This document shows, one piece after another, positions 10,359 through 19,226 of a DNA stretch of 64,000 nucleotides. This DNA is from an uncultured Candidatus Saccharibacteria bacterium (GTDB lineage: Bacteria > Patescibacteriota > Minisyncoccia > Phycocordibacterales > UBA9973), in contig CAZDGL010000002.1 in the NCBI GenBank assembly GCA_964505155.1, forward strand, positions 26,064 to 90,063. The letters run 5' to 3'. Below the pieces are notes generated by a model that saw only the letters and a list, made by a program, of their open reading frames with translations, searched no databases and was not told where the DNA came from. The position numbers were made by a program, and so were the translations under genes. The first letter of the stretch is position 1. Every line of letters starts with the position of its first letter.

Positions 10359-11183
10359 TTGATCACCTTAAAAACTTATACTATGAGTAAGGCACTCGCT
10401 AAAAAAGGGGTTTCTGGTCTAGAAAAAAGCTCACCAGCTACAATTGTTGTTAGAATACTTGGAGCAACAATGGATAACCAAATCAAAAGACTTTTAAAGA
10501 TATTGGAAGAAAATAAGTCTAATGATGCTGTGGTATTCTGTGTGTTAAGTGGAATATTCTATGTTATTGCCAACAATGAAGAATCAAATCTCAATGAGCT
10601 CTTTGAACTAGGACATCATGGAGACGCCATGGAAGAACTTGATACTCTGATTGAAAGTTTAAAGCAGATTTTGACCAAAGACAATTATGGCGACTACCAT
10701 ATAGCCGTTATGCCTGGAGAAGAAATCAAAAAAGAAGATTTTTGGATTTATGTCTGGGATAAATTATTTTTAAGAGTTCTGGATGAGGCTTTTGTGACAC
10801 AGTACTATAAAGATCGAATGTTTATGAGAGTAAACATTGTTAACAAAGTTTTATCTATTACTTCACAGTACAATCTTTTTAATAAAGATTTGTTTTATAA
10901 AAAACATCTCAAAAAAGCTGTCTGTGAAAAAATAGATATTTATTATGTAAACGGGTTTTCAAACTCTGTAAACAAAATCTGGGATGCCGGCAGAGCCGCA
11001 TGGGAATATTTCATGAGAAAAATTGTACTGTTTAACCCTTCAATACCTGATATCGCCAAAAAAGATATCGAAAAGAGGTGGCGAGTCTGGTTTTTGCTTG
11101 AAGATAACTACAAGCAGACACAAAAGGTTGTAAAAAGAAAAGAGCTTTTAAAAGAGCTCGAAGCTTCCTTGAAACTCATTTAG
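10359..11183 (+). CDS. Hypothetical protein (274 aa)
   Basis: ORF arranged divergently from the 9774-10310 gene. No family recognised. Confidence 0.45.
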   Translation: MITLKTYTMSKALAKKGVSGLEKSSPATIVVRILGATMDNQIKRLLKILEENKSNDAVVFCVLSGIFYVIANNEESNLNELFELGHHGDAMEELDTLIESLKQILTKDNYGDYHIAVMPGEEIKKEDFWIYVWDKLFLRVLDEAFVTQYYKDRMFMRVNIVNKVLSITSQYNLFNKDLFYKKHLKKAVCEKIDIYYVNGFSNSVNKIWDAGRAAWEYFMRKIVLFNPSIPDIAKKDIEKRWRVWFLLEDNYKQTQKVVKRKELLKELEASLKLI

Positions 11184-11219
11184 CTTAATGGGTAGGATAT
11201 AAACATCCTGCCCATTTTT

Positions 11220-11648
11220 TTATTTATGATGGTCTTTTACTTGCACCTCTAGCTCTTCGAGTTTGCGAGAAATAGCACTCACAGTGTGTTTGATGTCAGA
11301 AATGGTAGAAACTTCTGTCTTGACGTCATCTTCTGTAGCTTTGGCCAAACGCTTTTCAGCTCGAAGTCCTGAGAGGATAAGTTCATTACCGATAAAACTA
11401 GAGACAAATGCTCGAGTAACATACAAAACTAGGCATCCAGCTAAAAAAGATGCTGGCCCATCCCACCAAGGATGATCAAGCAGGCTAGTACTCCCTGTAG
11501 AATAATAATGATTTATATAAAGGTGAAATGTATCCACGCTATGCCACACTCCTCGCCAAAAAAGCACTATCCCGATACCTACTATAGTTGCATATAGATA
11601 TGAGTGGTGACTAAGGAAGATGTGAAAACGATTGAATATTTTGGTCAT
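11220..11648 (-). CDS. Hypothetical membrane protein (142 aa)
   Basis: Two predicted transmembrane segments followed by a coiled-coil C-terminus. Confidence 0.45.
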   Translation of the reverse strand: MTKIFNRFHIFLSHHSYLYATIVGIGIVLFWRGVWHSVDTFHLYINHYYSTGSTSLLDHPWWDGPASFLAGCLVLYVTRAFVSSFIGNELILSGLRAEKRLAKATEDDVKTEVSTISDIKHTVSAISRKLEELEVQVKDHHK

Positions 11649-11665
11649 AATATTTAATAATTATA

Positions 11666-12520
11666 TCATCTTTTATACCACTTAAATCCATCAGTTTCAA
11701 AGATTACCGCGCCTTCGGTTTGAGTCGAAAGATATGGCACGTTGAATTGTTTCAAAAGATTGAGGACTTCTTTGTGCGGGTGACCATATCTGTTGTTTTT
11801 GCCGGCGCTGATGAGAGCTAGGCTTGGGGTTGTGGCTTTGAGATATGCTGATGTTGTAGAAGTCCTTGAGCCATGGTGTCCAAGCTTCAAAATATCTACG
11901 TCAAGATTTTTTGATTCCTTTTTTGCTAAGTATTGCTCAATAGGCGCCGGTGAGTCCCCAGTAAAAAGAATGCTTCGCTTGCCTGAGACAAACTTCCCTA
12001 CCACTGAACCAGTATTGGTCTCCCATCCTCCTACATCTCTATCTGGAAAAAGTACTTCAAAGTATTCTGTGTCAGAGAAATTTATCTTCATCCCGCTCCT
12101 TAAAAAGTAAGCAGGTATCTTTTTGCTCTGAACCAACTTCATCAAGCTTTTATACTCCGCTGTTTCTCCTCCGACTTCTGAGGTGACAAAGACTCTGACT
12201 TTATATCTTTTCAAAACTTCATCAAGTCCACCGATATGATCCATGTCGGGGTGTGTCGCCAAGACTATATCGATACTTCTGTCATTCAAAGGCATGACCT
12301 TTGAGAGCTCTCCGAGGACTGTTGCGTCTTTGCCTCCATCTATAAGCATCTGCTTGCCATTGGTCGTTTGTATAAGAAAACTATCTCCTTGTCCGACATC
12401 AAGCATTGAGACCTTTGTTAAAGCAATCTCTGGCTTGGTATTTCTAGAGAGAAAAAGTCCGAGTCCAAGCAAAATACTGACTATGAGAAGCACTACGAGT
12501 CGAGAGAGCTTTTTGTTCAT
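11666..12520 (-). CDS. ComEC/Rec2 C-terminal metallo-beta-lactamase-fold domain protein, encoded as a separate gene
   Basis: Signal/TM at the N-terminus. MBL motifs LDVGQGDS and ATHPDMDHIGGL plus HHGS. Directly downstream of the ComEC membrane-domain gene. Confidence 0.75.
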   Translation of the reverse strand: MNKKLSRLVVLLIVSILLGLGLFLSRNTKPEIALTKVSMLDVGQGDSFLIQTTNGKQMLIDGGKDATVLGELSKVMPLNDRSIDIVLATHPDMDHIGGLDEVLKRYKVRVFVTSEVGGETAEYKSLMKLVQSKKIPAYFLRSGMKINFSDTEYFEVLFPDRDVGGWETNTGSVVGKFVSGKRSILFTGDSPAPIEQYLAKKESKNLDVDILKLGHHGSRTSTTSAYLKATTPSLALISAGKNNRYGHPHKEVLNLLKQFNVPYLSTQTEGAVIFETDGFKWYKR

Positions 12521-12540
12521 ATTTTGAGTATACTAAAGCC

Positions 12541-13131
12541 ATGTTTACAGAACAAAAATTCAATATCCCAACATTGCACGGTATTAGCACAAAAACCATA
12601 GAAGAGCATGTGAAGCTCTATGCTGGCTATGTCAAAAATACAAATGCCATCATTGAAAAAATGAGCACAATAGATAGCGAAAAAGATGCTTATGCCTTAG
12701 GAGAACTCTTCCGCAGATTTAGCTTTGAGTACAATGGCATGCGCAACCATGAAGTGTATTTCTCTCTCTTTGAGGGTGGTGCAAAAGCTCTTGATCCAGA
12801 AAGTGCACTCGGCAAAACACTACTTGGACTATTCGGAAGTTATGAAAGATTTATCGAAGAATTCACTTCTCTTGCAACTACTCGCGGTATCGGCTGGGCA
12901 GTCCTCTGGTATGACAAAAAACAAAAGACTATCCTTGCGTCATGGGTAGATGAACAACACTTGGGCCAACTCAACGGTTGTGAAATGATTATCGGACTTG
13001 ATATGTGGGAGCACTCATATGTCGCAGATTATCAACCTTCTGGCAAAAAACAGTATGTTGCTGATTTCTTTGCAAATATTAACTGGTCAGTGGCTGAAAA
13101 ATATTTCTCAGATGCGCAAAGTAAAGCTTAA
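12541..13131 (+). CDS. sod: Fe/Mn-family superoxide dismutase-like protein
   Basis: C-terminal IGLDMWEHSYVADY (canonical D..WEHAYY) and a mid-protein NHEVYF. The N-terminal His pair is altered (KLYAGY instead of KHHQTY). Confidence 0.65.
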   Translation: MFTEQKFNIPTLHGISTKTIEEHVKLYAGYVKNTNAIIEKMSTIDSEKDAYALGELFRRFSFEYNGMRNHEVYFSLFEGGAKALDPESALGKTLLGLFGSYERFIEEFTSLATTRGIGWAVLWYDKKQKTILASWVDEQHLGQLNGCEMIIGLDMWEHSYVADYQPSGKKQYVADFFANINWSVAEKYFSDAQSKA

Positions 13132-14536
13132 TGTTTTTTCGGAAAATTATAGTAAACAAAACTACATAAAAAGACACAACACACCAAGCCGGCAAGCTTG
13201 GTGTTTGCCATTGTGGGAATGTCGAGAGCGAGGTTAGAAGTTTTATCGTCATTTCACCTATCACTGAAGTAATGCCTCCAAAGATACCAGCTAAAAACGG
13301 TATGAAAGAAATTGCCAAAGTAACAAGTCCACCAAGCATCAAGACAGGGATAATAGGAACTAGAACAATGTTGGCAATTGGCGAAACCAGCGGGAAAAGA
13401 CCAGAGAAATACATCATATAAGGAAGCATAAAGATAGGAAGCCCAACAGCCAAAATAATAGTCTCTAGCAGATTTGTTTTCCATTTAGGTTTTATTTCAT
13501 CATCGCCAGCAAATTTATTTTTTAAAATTGGAAGGATTGTGATGATAAACAGCGTAGCCAAAAAAGATAAATGTAGTCCAGGATCAACGAACACAATCTT
13601 GGGGTTTAGGAAAAAGAAAAACAGTCCTGAGATGATGAGCGCTCGCAAGGCTTGATAGTTTTGAAGCGTCATGCCAGCAAAAAGCGCGATGCTCCCCATA
13701 ATCCCAGCACGCACTGCCGCTACTCCTGCTCCACTTATAAGCACGAGCCCAGCGATACCGACACCTATGAGAACTGTCTTTATTCGAAATGGAAATCGTC
13801 TAAGCAACAGACCAAGGAATCCCGCCAAAACCGTGATGTTGTAACCAGAGAGCACCAAGGTATGTAGCGTCCCAGTATCTCGAAAAATATCCGAGAGGTA
13901 TTTGGGTATAGCGCCTTGAAATCCAACCAACATCCCCGCTACTATACCGTCTACCGGAAAGACTATGTGTCTAGATAAGGTACTAGCAATGAAGATGCGA
14001 GTTTGTGTTGCCAATCTTGTAAAAGAAAAGCTTCCAATTTCTACCAGACTAATTGTCGGACGACGCATGACTGCTTCCACTCCTCTACTTTCTAGATAGC
14101 CATCATAATCAAAAGTGCGCCCTGTCTCAGTCACAAAATCTTCTGGCTTCTCTACTATTCCTCGTACTGAGACTTTGTCTCCTGGCAAAAAGTTGGTCTC
14201 GCTATAAAGTGTAGCTTGCACATCAAAGTTTTCTTGATCTACCTTTAGAACCAAAAGCTCTCTATCAAGCCTTTGGTCTACGCTTTTGATGACACCCGTA
14301 AAAGCTCTGTTGCCAAATTCTATCTGTGGCTTTTCTACTACCCATAAACGCAAAGCTCCCAAACAAATGCTCATCAAGATAGCAAGTCCCAAGACCAAAG
14401 CCTTGCGACTACGAAAATACAAAACAAAAAACGCCCCCAAAAGAGCGCCCACCAAAACAACTTCCAAAATAGAAAATCCAAAGCTATGAAAAAGTACTGC
14501 CCCAAGCAACAAACTAATACAAAAAAGTATTAACAT
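13079..14536 (-). CDS. comEC: ComEC/Rec2 competence membrane channel domain protein
   Basis: 485 aa polytopic membrane protein with a DUF4131-like N-terminus. Followed by the MBL-domain gene. Its 3' end overlaps sod convergently. Confidence 0.7.
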   Translation of the reverse strand: MLILFCISLLLGAVLFHSFGFSILEVVLVGALLGAFFVLYFRSRKALVLGLAILMSICLGALRLWVVEKPQIEFGNRAFTGVIKSVDQRLDRELLVLKVDQENFDVQATLYSETNFLPGDKVSVRGIVEKPEDFVTETGRTFDYDGYLESRGVEAVMRRPTISLVEIGSFSFTRLATQTRIFIASTLSRHIVFPVDGIVAGMLVGFQGAIPKYLSDIFRDTGTLHTLVLSGYNITVLAGFLGLLLRRFPFRIKTVLIGVGIAGLVLISGAGVAAVRAGIMGSIALFAGMTLQNYQALRALIISGLFFFFLNPKIVFVDPGLHLSFLATLFIITILPILKNKFAGDDEIKPKWKTNLLETIILAVGLPIFMLPYMMYFSGLFPLVSPIANIVLVPIIPVLMLGGLVTLAISFIPFLAGIFGGITSVIGEMTIKLLTSLSTFPQWQTPSLPAWCVVSFYVVLFTIIFRKNIKLYFAHLRNIFQPLTS

Positions 14537-14554
14537 TTTTAAATTATACGAAGT

Positions 14555-14582
14555 TTGACAAAACTTTTCAAAAGGTTAGGAT
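14555..14582 (+). promoter_or_regulatory. Sigma70-like promoter module, copy 1 (TTGACA-16-TAGGAT)
   Basis: TTGACAaaacttttcaaaaggtTAGGAT; the same module recurs at 14977 and 15868. Confidence 0.55.
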
Positions 14583-14595
14583 GAGAGAAAAAAAT

Positions 14596-14919
14596 ATGAG
14601 CGATCCTTTAAGTGAAAATCTGAGAGAAGAGAAATTTAATGAGTTGTATCTAAATTATCTTCACAATCTCTTGCTGTACATAGAAATTGATTCAGTACAA
14701 AACCAAATCAATTTCTATGAATCTCTGATTGAAGTTGCCAAGGCAAAACCAACCCCTCACTTTATTGACCAAAAGATTGCTCGATTAAGAGCACTTAGGC
14801 GTGGTGACAGTAATGAGTGGTCTTCTTTATCAAAAGAGATACACGAGGGGTGTGTTGAAGAAAAACTTCTTAACATCTTCAAAAGAGTTAGCAAAAACAA
14901 ATTTGAGGAAAAACAGTGA
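14596..14919 (+). CDS. Cassette gene A, hypothetical (about 107 aa)
   Basis: ORF downstream of promoter module 1. The start is placed at the second ATG, the one conserved in position relative to the module. Terminator hairpin at 14945-14968. Confidence 0.5.
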   Translation: MSDPLSENLREEKFNELYLNYLHNLLLYIEIDSVQNQINFYESLIEVAKAKPTPHFIDQKIARLRALRRGDSNEWSSLSKEIHEGCVEEKLLNIFKRVSKNKFEEKQ

Positions 14920-14944
14920 GACATCACAAATTTCTCGTTTAAAC

Positions 14945-14968
14945 CAAAACCGGATAAAACCGGTTTTT
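14945..14968 (+). terminator. Intrinsic terminator AAAACCGG-ataaaa-CCGGTTTTTT
   Basis: Hairpin plus T-run; a near-identical copy sits at 15837-15860. Confidence 0.6.
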
Positions 14969-14976
14969 TCATTTGG

Positions 14977-15004
14977 TTTGACAAAATTTTTCAAAAAGGT
15001 AGGA
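14977..15004 (+). promoter_or_regulatory. Promoter module copy 2 (TTGACA-16-TAGGAT)
   Basis: TTGACAaaatttttcaaaaaggTAGGATGAAGAAAAAATAAAATATG. Confidence 0.55.
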
Positions 15005-15021
15005 TGAAGAAAAAATAAAAT

Positions 15022-15837
15022 ATGGTTAGAAAAAAACAAACAGAGCTTCACCGGCTGTGTATGTTTTACCCAGACCAGATGAAAGCAAGTGGAATCAAAA
15101 CATTCCAAGACCTAAAAAACAAGTTCATTAAAAATGGAAAATTTGTTCGTTTTTACGACAATAGCTTCAGACGTTATAAGCTGTGTAATTTTAATATTGC
15201 AGTTGCAGAATTATTGTTAGAAAAAAGATGTATCTCAAAAACAGAACGTTTGAAACAAAGCTCCTTGTATAGTTATCGCATTAGCGGTTGGAATCACAGA
15301 TTCTTCAAAAAGCATGGGCTTACTTATTTGGGAGAAGCAATAGATAGATGTATTGATAAAAAAGGGTCTTTCAAACCTATAGGTGGAAAAGATACCGCTA
15401 TCGCTACAAACCATCGCATCGCTGAAATACTAAATCAAACAGGCTTCCTTTCTGAAAAAGAGTTTTTAAAAGTTAGAAGACCTATATGGAAAAACCGAAA
15501 GTTAACAGATAAAGAACTTGGTGAATCAAAAGATGTCGTGGTCAATATTTCTAAATGGCCTTATGACACAAAAAGAATACTGAGTGTTCTCTGGAAACGG
15601 CGGCACAACTTCTCTTGGGATCGATACCAAACACCAACACCTGAAATAAAATCTGTAACTATTGGTTTTTTGGCAGAGGAGTTTATTCGCATTACTCCCT
15701 ATGACGATATACCTATATTTAAATCGAGAGGGCACAGACTAAATCATGCTTTTGCTCCCACTTGGACTGATAGAAACTTAGATGAAGCATTAGAAATCGT
15801 AGAGAAGACATTAAGAGAAAATAATCTACTTCCTTAA
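15022..15837 (+). CDS. Cassette gene B, hypothetical (271 aa)
   Basis: ORF between promoter module 2 and the terminator copy at 15837-15860. Basic; no family recognised. Confidence 0.5.
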   Translation: MVRKKQTELHRLCMFYPDQMKASGIKTFQDLKNKFIKNGKFVRFYDNSFRRYKLCNFNIAVAELLLEKRCISKTERLKQSSLYSYRISGWNHRFFKKHGLTYLGEAIDRCIDKKGSFKPIGGKDTAIATNHRIAEILNQTGFLSEKEFLKVRRPIWKNRKLTDKELGESKDVVVNISKWPYDTKRILSVLWKRRHNFSWDRYQTPTPEIKSVTIGFLAEEFIRITPYDDIPIFKSRGHRLNHAFAPTWTDRNLDEALEIVEKTLRENNLLP

Positions 15838-15860
15838 AAAACCGGCTAAAACCGGTTTTT
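15837..15860 (+). terminator. Intrinsic terminator AAAACCGG-ctaa-AACCGGTTTTT
   Basis: Hairpin plus T-run; a copy of the 14945 terminator. Confidence 0.6.
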
Positions 15861-15867
15861 GTTTTAT

Positions 15868-15895
15868 TTGACAAAGTTTCTCAAAAAGGTAGGAT
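15868..15895 (+). promoter_or_regulatory. Promoter module copy 3 (TTGACA-16-TAGGAT)
   Basis: TTGACAaagtttctcaaaaaggTAGGATGAAGGAAAAATAAAAATG. Confidence 0.55.
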
Positions 15896-15910
15896 GAAGG
15901 AAAAATAAAA

Positions 15911-16291
15911 ATGAGTACAATCAAGTATTTTAGTTTTGAGAAAAAATTAAAAGATATTGGCCTTAAAATGACCGATATTATAGCTCGGGTGACGATCGGC
16001 GAAAATGATATGGAGGAGACTCGGCTTAGCGTATCTATTGTTGGTGAGCATGGTGAAAGTGTTGTTTACTGCTCTGAATCAATAGGAGCAAATGTTTACG
16101 TAAATGGTGCTGATGACCTGCACAATCTGATGTATAGGCTTCATCAAATCATGCTAAACAACCTTGTTTGTCTTAATCCTTCTTCCCAAGAACCACAGAT
16201 TATTGAATGGTCTTCGGAAAAAAATGGTTATTTCAAAAAAAGACCAGCATTGAATGAAGAAATCATTCGCCTGCGAAAATTCTACACCTAA
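15911..16291 (+). CDS. Cassette gene C, hypothetical (126 aa)
   Basis: ORF following promoter module 3. A bidirectional terminator at 16296-16325 (TACTCCGCAttttGCGGAGTA plus T-run) is shared with the convergent rnhA. Confidence 0.5.
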   Translation: MSTIKYFSFEKKLKDIGLKMTDIIARVTIGENDMEETRLSVSIVGEHGESVVYCSESIGANVYVNGADDLHNLMYRLHQIMLNNLVCLNPSSQEPQIIEWSSEKNGYFKKRPALNEEIIRLRKFYT

Positions 16292-16324
16292 TTTACATAC
16301 TCCGCATTTTGCGGAGTATTTTTT

Positions 16325-17050
16325 TTATAAAAGTGTTTTGAGTGTATAGTCTTGAACCAAGCTAGTTTCCTCACCCTTTGAAAACACCTTTTGGTATTTT
16401 GCACCCTTTTTGCCTTTGACTCGTCTTTCACACTCTGCCCACGTTTTGTCCGCATACACCTTGCCATCAACTAGTGAAACATATGAATAAGCCGGGCCAG
16501 TTGTTTTTGACTTTTTCTTAGGAGAAGCTTTTTTTAGAGTCGTGCCAATATCCAAAAGAAATTTATCATAATCTTTTTGAGAGCCTTTGAAGAGCTGTTG
16601 TTTTTTGTGGAGCGCAGCATTGACCGCCAACTCATCACAGCGCTCATTGTAAAGCTCACCACCGTGGCCTTTGACCTTTTCTATGGAGAGTCTTTTGCCG
16701 TATTCTTTGAGGAGCGCCAAAAGCTTCACCCAGATATCTTTGTTTTCTACCGGAGTCTTGGTACTTGTGATCCAGCCTTTTTTCTCCCAACCCCAAATCC
16801 AAGAGTTCAGACCGTTTACTACATAAGCACTGTCAGAATAGACAATCACAGAGCCTTTATGAGCTCGAGCTGCACTATCAGAGAGCACCTCTAGCACTGC
16901 CTGAAGCTCCATTTGGTTGTTCGTGGCTTTCTTTGAAGCTCCGGCTATTTCCATTGCATAGTCTTGTACCAAAATAACTGCCCCCCACCCTCCCGGACCA
17001 GGATTCCCTCTCGACGCTCCATCTGTATAGACAATCAGTTTGTTTTTCAT
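16325..17050 (-). CDS. rnhA: Ribonuclease HI with a C-terminal RNA/DNA hybrid-binding (caulimovirus-VI-like) domain
   Basis: N-terminus IVYTDGASRGNPGPGGWGAVIL..., catalytic motifs and a basic linker. C-terminus AYSYVSLVDGKVYADKTWAECERRVKGKKGAKYQKVF resembles the HBD fold, which is normally N-terminal. Confidence 0.8.
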   Translation of the reverse strand: MKNKLIVYTDGASRGNPGPGGWGAVILVQDYAMEIAGASKKATNNQMELQAVLEVLSDSAARAHKGSVIVYSDSAYVVNGLNSWIWGWEKKGWITSTKTPVENKDIWVKLLALLKEYGKRLSIEKVKGHGGELYNERCDELAVNAALHKKQQLFKGSQKDYDKFLLDIGTTLKKASPKKKSKTTGPAYSYVSLVDGKVYADKTWAECERRVKGKKGAKYQKVFSKGEETSLVQDYTLKTLL

Positions 17051-17093
17051 TGTTTGATTATAACAAAAAACCCTCCTAAAAGGAGGGTTAAGA

Positions 17094-17693
17094 TTATTTT
17101 ACCTTAAAGAAAAAGGTGTCACCAACAAAGCCTGGAGCTTCATCTGCAAAAATCAACGGATAAACACTTAGTTTAAAATTTGCAGGAGTGAAATTAAACT
17201 CAGGGGCACCCCCATCATTTCTATCGGTGTAGCAAAAACGATAGAGGAAGATGTTGTTAAAAACTTTTTTCCAGCCATTAGGAATGACAAAAAAAGAAAA
17301 AGCTTTCTTAGAATTTAAATTAAGAAAAAGGCTTTTCAGATACTCTTCATTACTATTAAAGATCTGGTTAAGTCTTGCTTCTTCAAAAGTAAATTCCATA
17401 GAGCATCTTTCTCTTGAAAGACCATTGTTTAATTCATAAATTAAGTCTGAAAGCCTAAGGTTTTTTAAAAGTTTAACCTTATGGTGCTCATGGTTTATTT
17501 TCCTTGATTCAATTTTAGAAGCTTCTAATTCAACTTCTTCTGCCCCTGCTGATCTAAACCTCCAATCAAAATAGATTTGATCAAATTTTAGAGGAACACC
17601 ATTGATTATTCTTTCTGGTAAATAGTTTTGTGTTTTGTATTTATTTAGATTAAAACTAACACAATCAATAAATAACTCGTTATTAAATTCCAT
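17094..17693 (-). CDS. Hypothetical protein (199 aa)
   Basis: ORF lying between the two copies of the rnhA 5'-end sequence. No family recognised. Confidence 0.45.
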   Translation of the reverse strand: MEFNNELFIDCVSFNLNKYKTQNYLPERIINGVPLKFDQIYFDWRFRSAGAEEVELEASKIESRKINHEHHKVKLLKNLRLSDLIYELNNGLSRERCSMEFTFEEARLNQIFNSNEEYLKSLFLNLNSKKAFSFFVIPNGWKKVFNNIFLYRFCYTDRNDGGAPEFNFTPANFKLSVYPLIFADEAPGFVGDTFFFKVK

Positions 17694-17757
17694 AATAGAA
17701 GTTTTTTCTATAATACAAGAATGTATGTATATGTCAAATTTGTATATGCACCCTCAC

Positions 17758-17812
17758 TGCGTTGGCCCAGGATTCCTTCTCGACGCTCCGTCTGTATAAA
17801 CAATCAGTTTGA
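17758..17812 (-). pseudogene. Relic of the rnhA 5' end (encodes KLIVYTDGASRRNPGPTQ then a stop)
   Basis: About 45 of 48 nt identical to 16997-17044 (ccaggattccYtctcgacgctccRtctgtataRacaatcagtttg). There is no start codon. Confidence 0.7.
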
Positions 17813-17836
17813 CAAAAAAGGTTCTTAAGGTAATAT
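17809..17836 (+). promoter_or_regulatory. Promoter TTGACA-16-TAATAT for the HTH gene
   Basis: TTGACAaaaaaggttcttaaggTAATAT, placed directly at the end of the rnhA relic. Confidence 0.5.
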
Positions 17837-17860
17837 CAAGAAAAAACTTATGCCTAAAAA

Positions 17861-18154
17861 ATAAATTTTGGACTTGGAGACGTTATAGCCCAAACTAGAA
17901 AAGATAAAAATCTACTAGCAGAAGAAGTGGCTAGAAAAACCAAAATATGTGCTCCTTATTTGTCCTCGATAGAAAATAGCAGAAAGAAACCTTCTATCAA
18001 GGCGCTTAAAAGGCTTTCGAAAGTATTGGGCACAACTCCAGAGAAACTTTTGTTTGCTTGGTGGAGACATAACAATCCCAAAAAGTCTTATAACCTAAGA
18101 CAACAAATAGGGATACAAAATATCTTGAAAGAGGTTTTGGAGGTTATTAGCTAG
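17861..18154 (+). CDS. XRE-family helix-turn-helix transcriptional regulator with no canonical start codon
   Basis: In-frame translation ...NFGLGDVIAQTRKDKNLLAEEVARKTKICAPYLSSIENSRKKPSIKALKRLSKVLGTTPEKLL is a textbook HTH_3. There is no ATG/GTG/TTG upstream of helix 1. The first in-frame ATA is at 17861 and the first GTG is at 17927, inside the HTH. Confidence 0.55.
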   Translation: MNFGLGDVIAQTRKDKNLLAEEVARKTKICAPYLSSIENSRKKPSIKALKRLSKVLGTTPEKLLFAWWRHNNPKKSYNLRQQIGIQNILKEVLEVIS

Positions 18155-18215
18155 TTTTTAGTATAACAAAAAACCGCTCATAGAGCGGTTTTAATTATTG
18201 ACCTTAAAATACTAA

Positions 18216-19226
18216 TCACCTAAGTTCTCTTCTGGCATTAGCAAGAGCACTTACTGTTTCATGATTTATTTCAGATATCTTTAAGTCTAGCTGTAATGTT
18301 TTTTTCATTGAAGAAACTAATCGAAAACAAACTTCTTCTAAACTCTGAGACAATTCTAGGATTTGGAAAAACTCGTCATAACTAAACCAAAGGTAAGGGT
18401 TTTTTATATCAATAGATCTATGATTGACCCTAACTCCGATATAAGTAAAAGCGAGATTGATGTTTTCCTTGTCAAAAGTCTCCCCTTTTAATTCACCTAT
18501 AAAAAAATCTTTATAGATACTTATTAAGTCTTCTGGGCGATCTGTATTATCCTCAAAACTTAATACCCTTTCTTTGATTCCTAATCTTTTAGAGGGCATT
18601 TTTAAGTTTAGACTACTTATAAATTGTTTGTAGTTTTTAGGGAGAAATGGAATCGAGTTTTCATCAAAAGATTTTTCAAAGCTATCTGTAGGGTAAATGG
18701 ATGCAATCTGTTTAAACATGGCGATATTAGCCTGAAACATTTCTTCAATCCTTTGATCAAAAATACTTGTTCTCATTGAGTTGTTATGGCAGGAGATTGT
18801 TAAGTCTTTAATTTTAGAAAAAAAGAAAATCTTTATAAGATTAATTATATCCCTTGTATAATCACTCAAAAATCCTCTATTTTCTAAAAAAAGAAAAAGT
18901 TTAGCATTTGGGGCTTTTTCTTCTAGATATCTAAAATTTTCTTTTACAACCTTAGTGTCAAAAGGAAGCTTGATATTACAACCTAAACCACAGCCAATTT
19001 CTTCTATACCAAAAGAGAACCTTTTTAAGTCAACAAGAAGTTCAGATATATCGCTTTGCAACGAAAACACTACTTCATCTTTTTTAAACTTGTTCTTAAG
19101 CTTACTTGTAGCTTCAAACATTAAATCATAGTATGGCCCGCTATTTGGTCCAGATACAACATGGGGACAAGTAGGGCACTTTGCTTTACAGCCCTTAGAT
19201 CCATAGTTGAGTATTTCTATCTGCAT
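18216..19226 (-). CDS. CX3CX2C-motif protein, possibly a divergent radical-SAM/Fe-S enzyme (336 aa)
   Basis: N-terminal GCKAKCPTCPHV matches CxxxCxxC. The rest is too divergent for me to recognise the SAM-binding motifs. Convergent with the HTH gene. Confidence 0.45.
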   Translation of the reverse strand: MQIEILNYGSKGCKAKCPTCPHVVSGPNSGPYYDLMFEATSKLKNKFKKDEVVFSLQSDISELLVDLKRFSFGIEEIGCGLGCNIKLPFDTKVVKENFRYLEEKAPNAKLFLFLENRGFLSDYTRDIINLIKIFFFSKIKDLTISCHNNSMRTSIFDQRIEEMFQANIAMFKQIASIYPTDSFEKSFDENSIPFLPKNYKQFISSLNLKMPSKRLGIKERVLSFEDNTDRPEDLISIYKDFFIGELKGETFDKENINLAFTYIGVRVNHRSIDIKNPYLWFSYDEFFQILELSQSLEEVCFRLVSSMKKTLQLDLKISEINHETVSALANARRELR

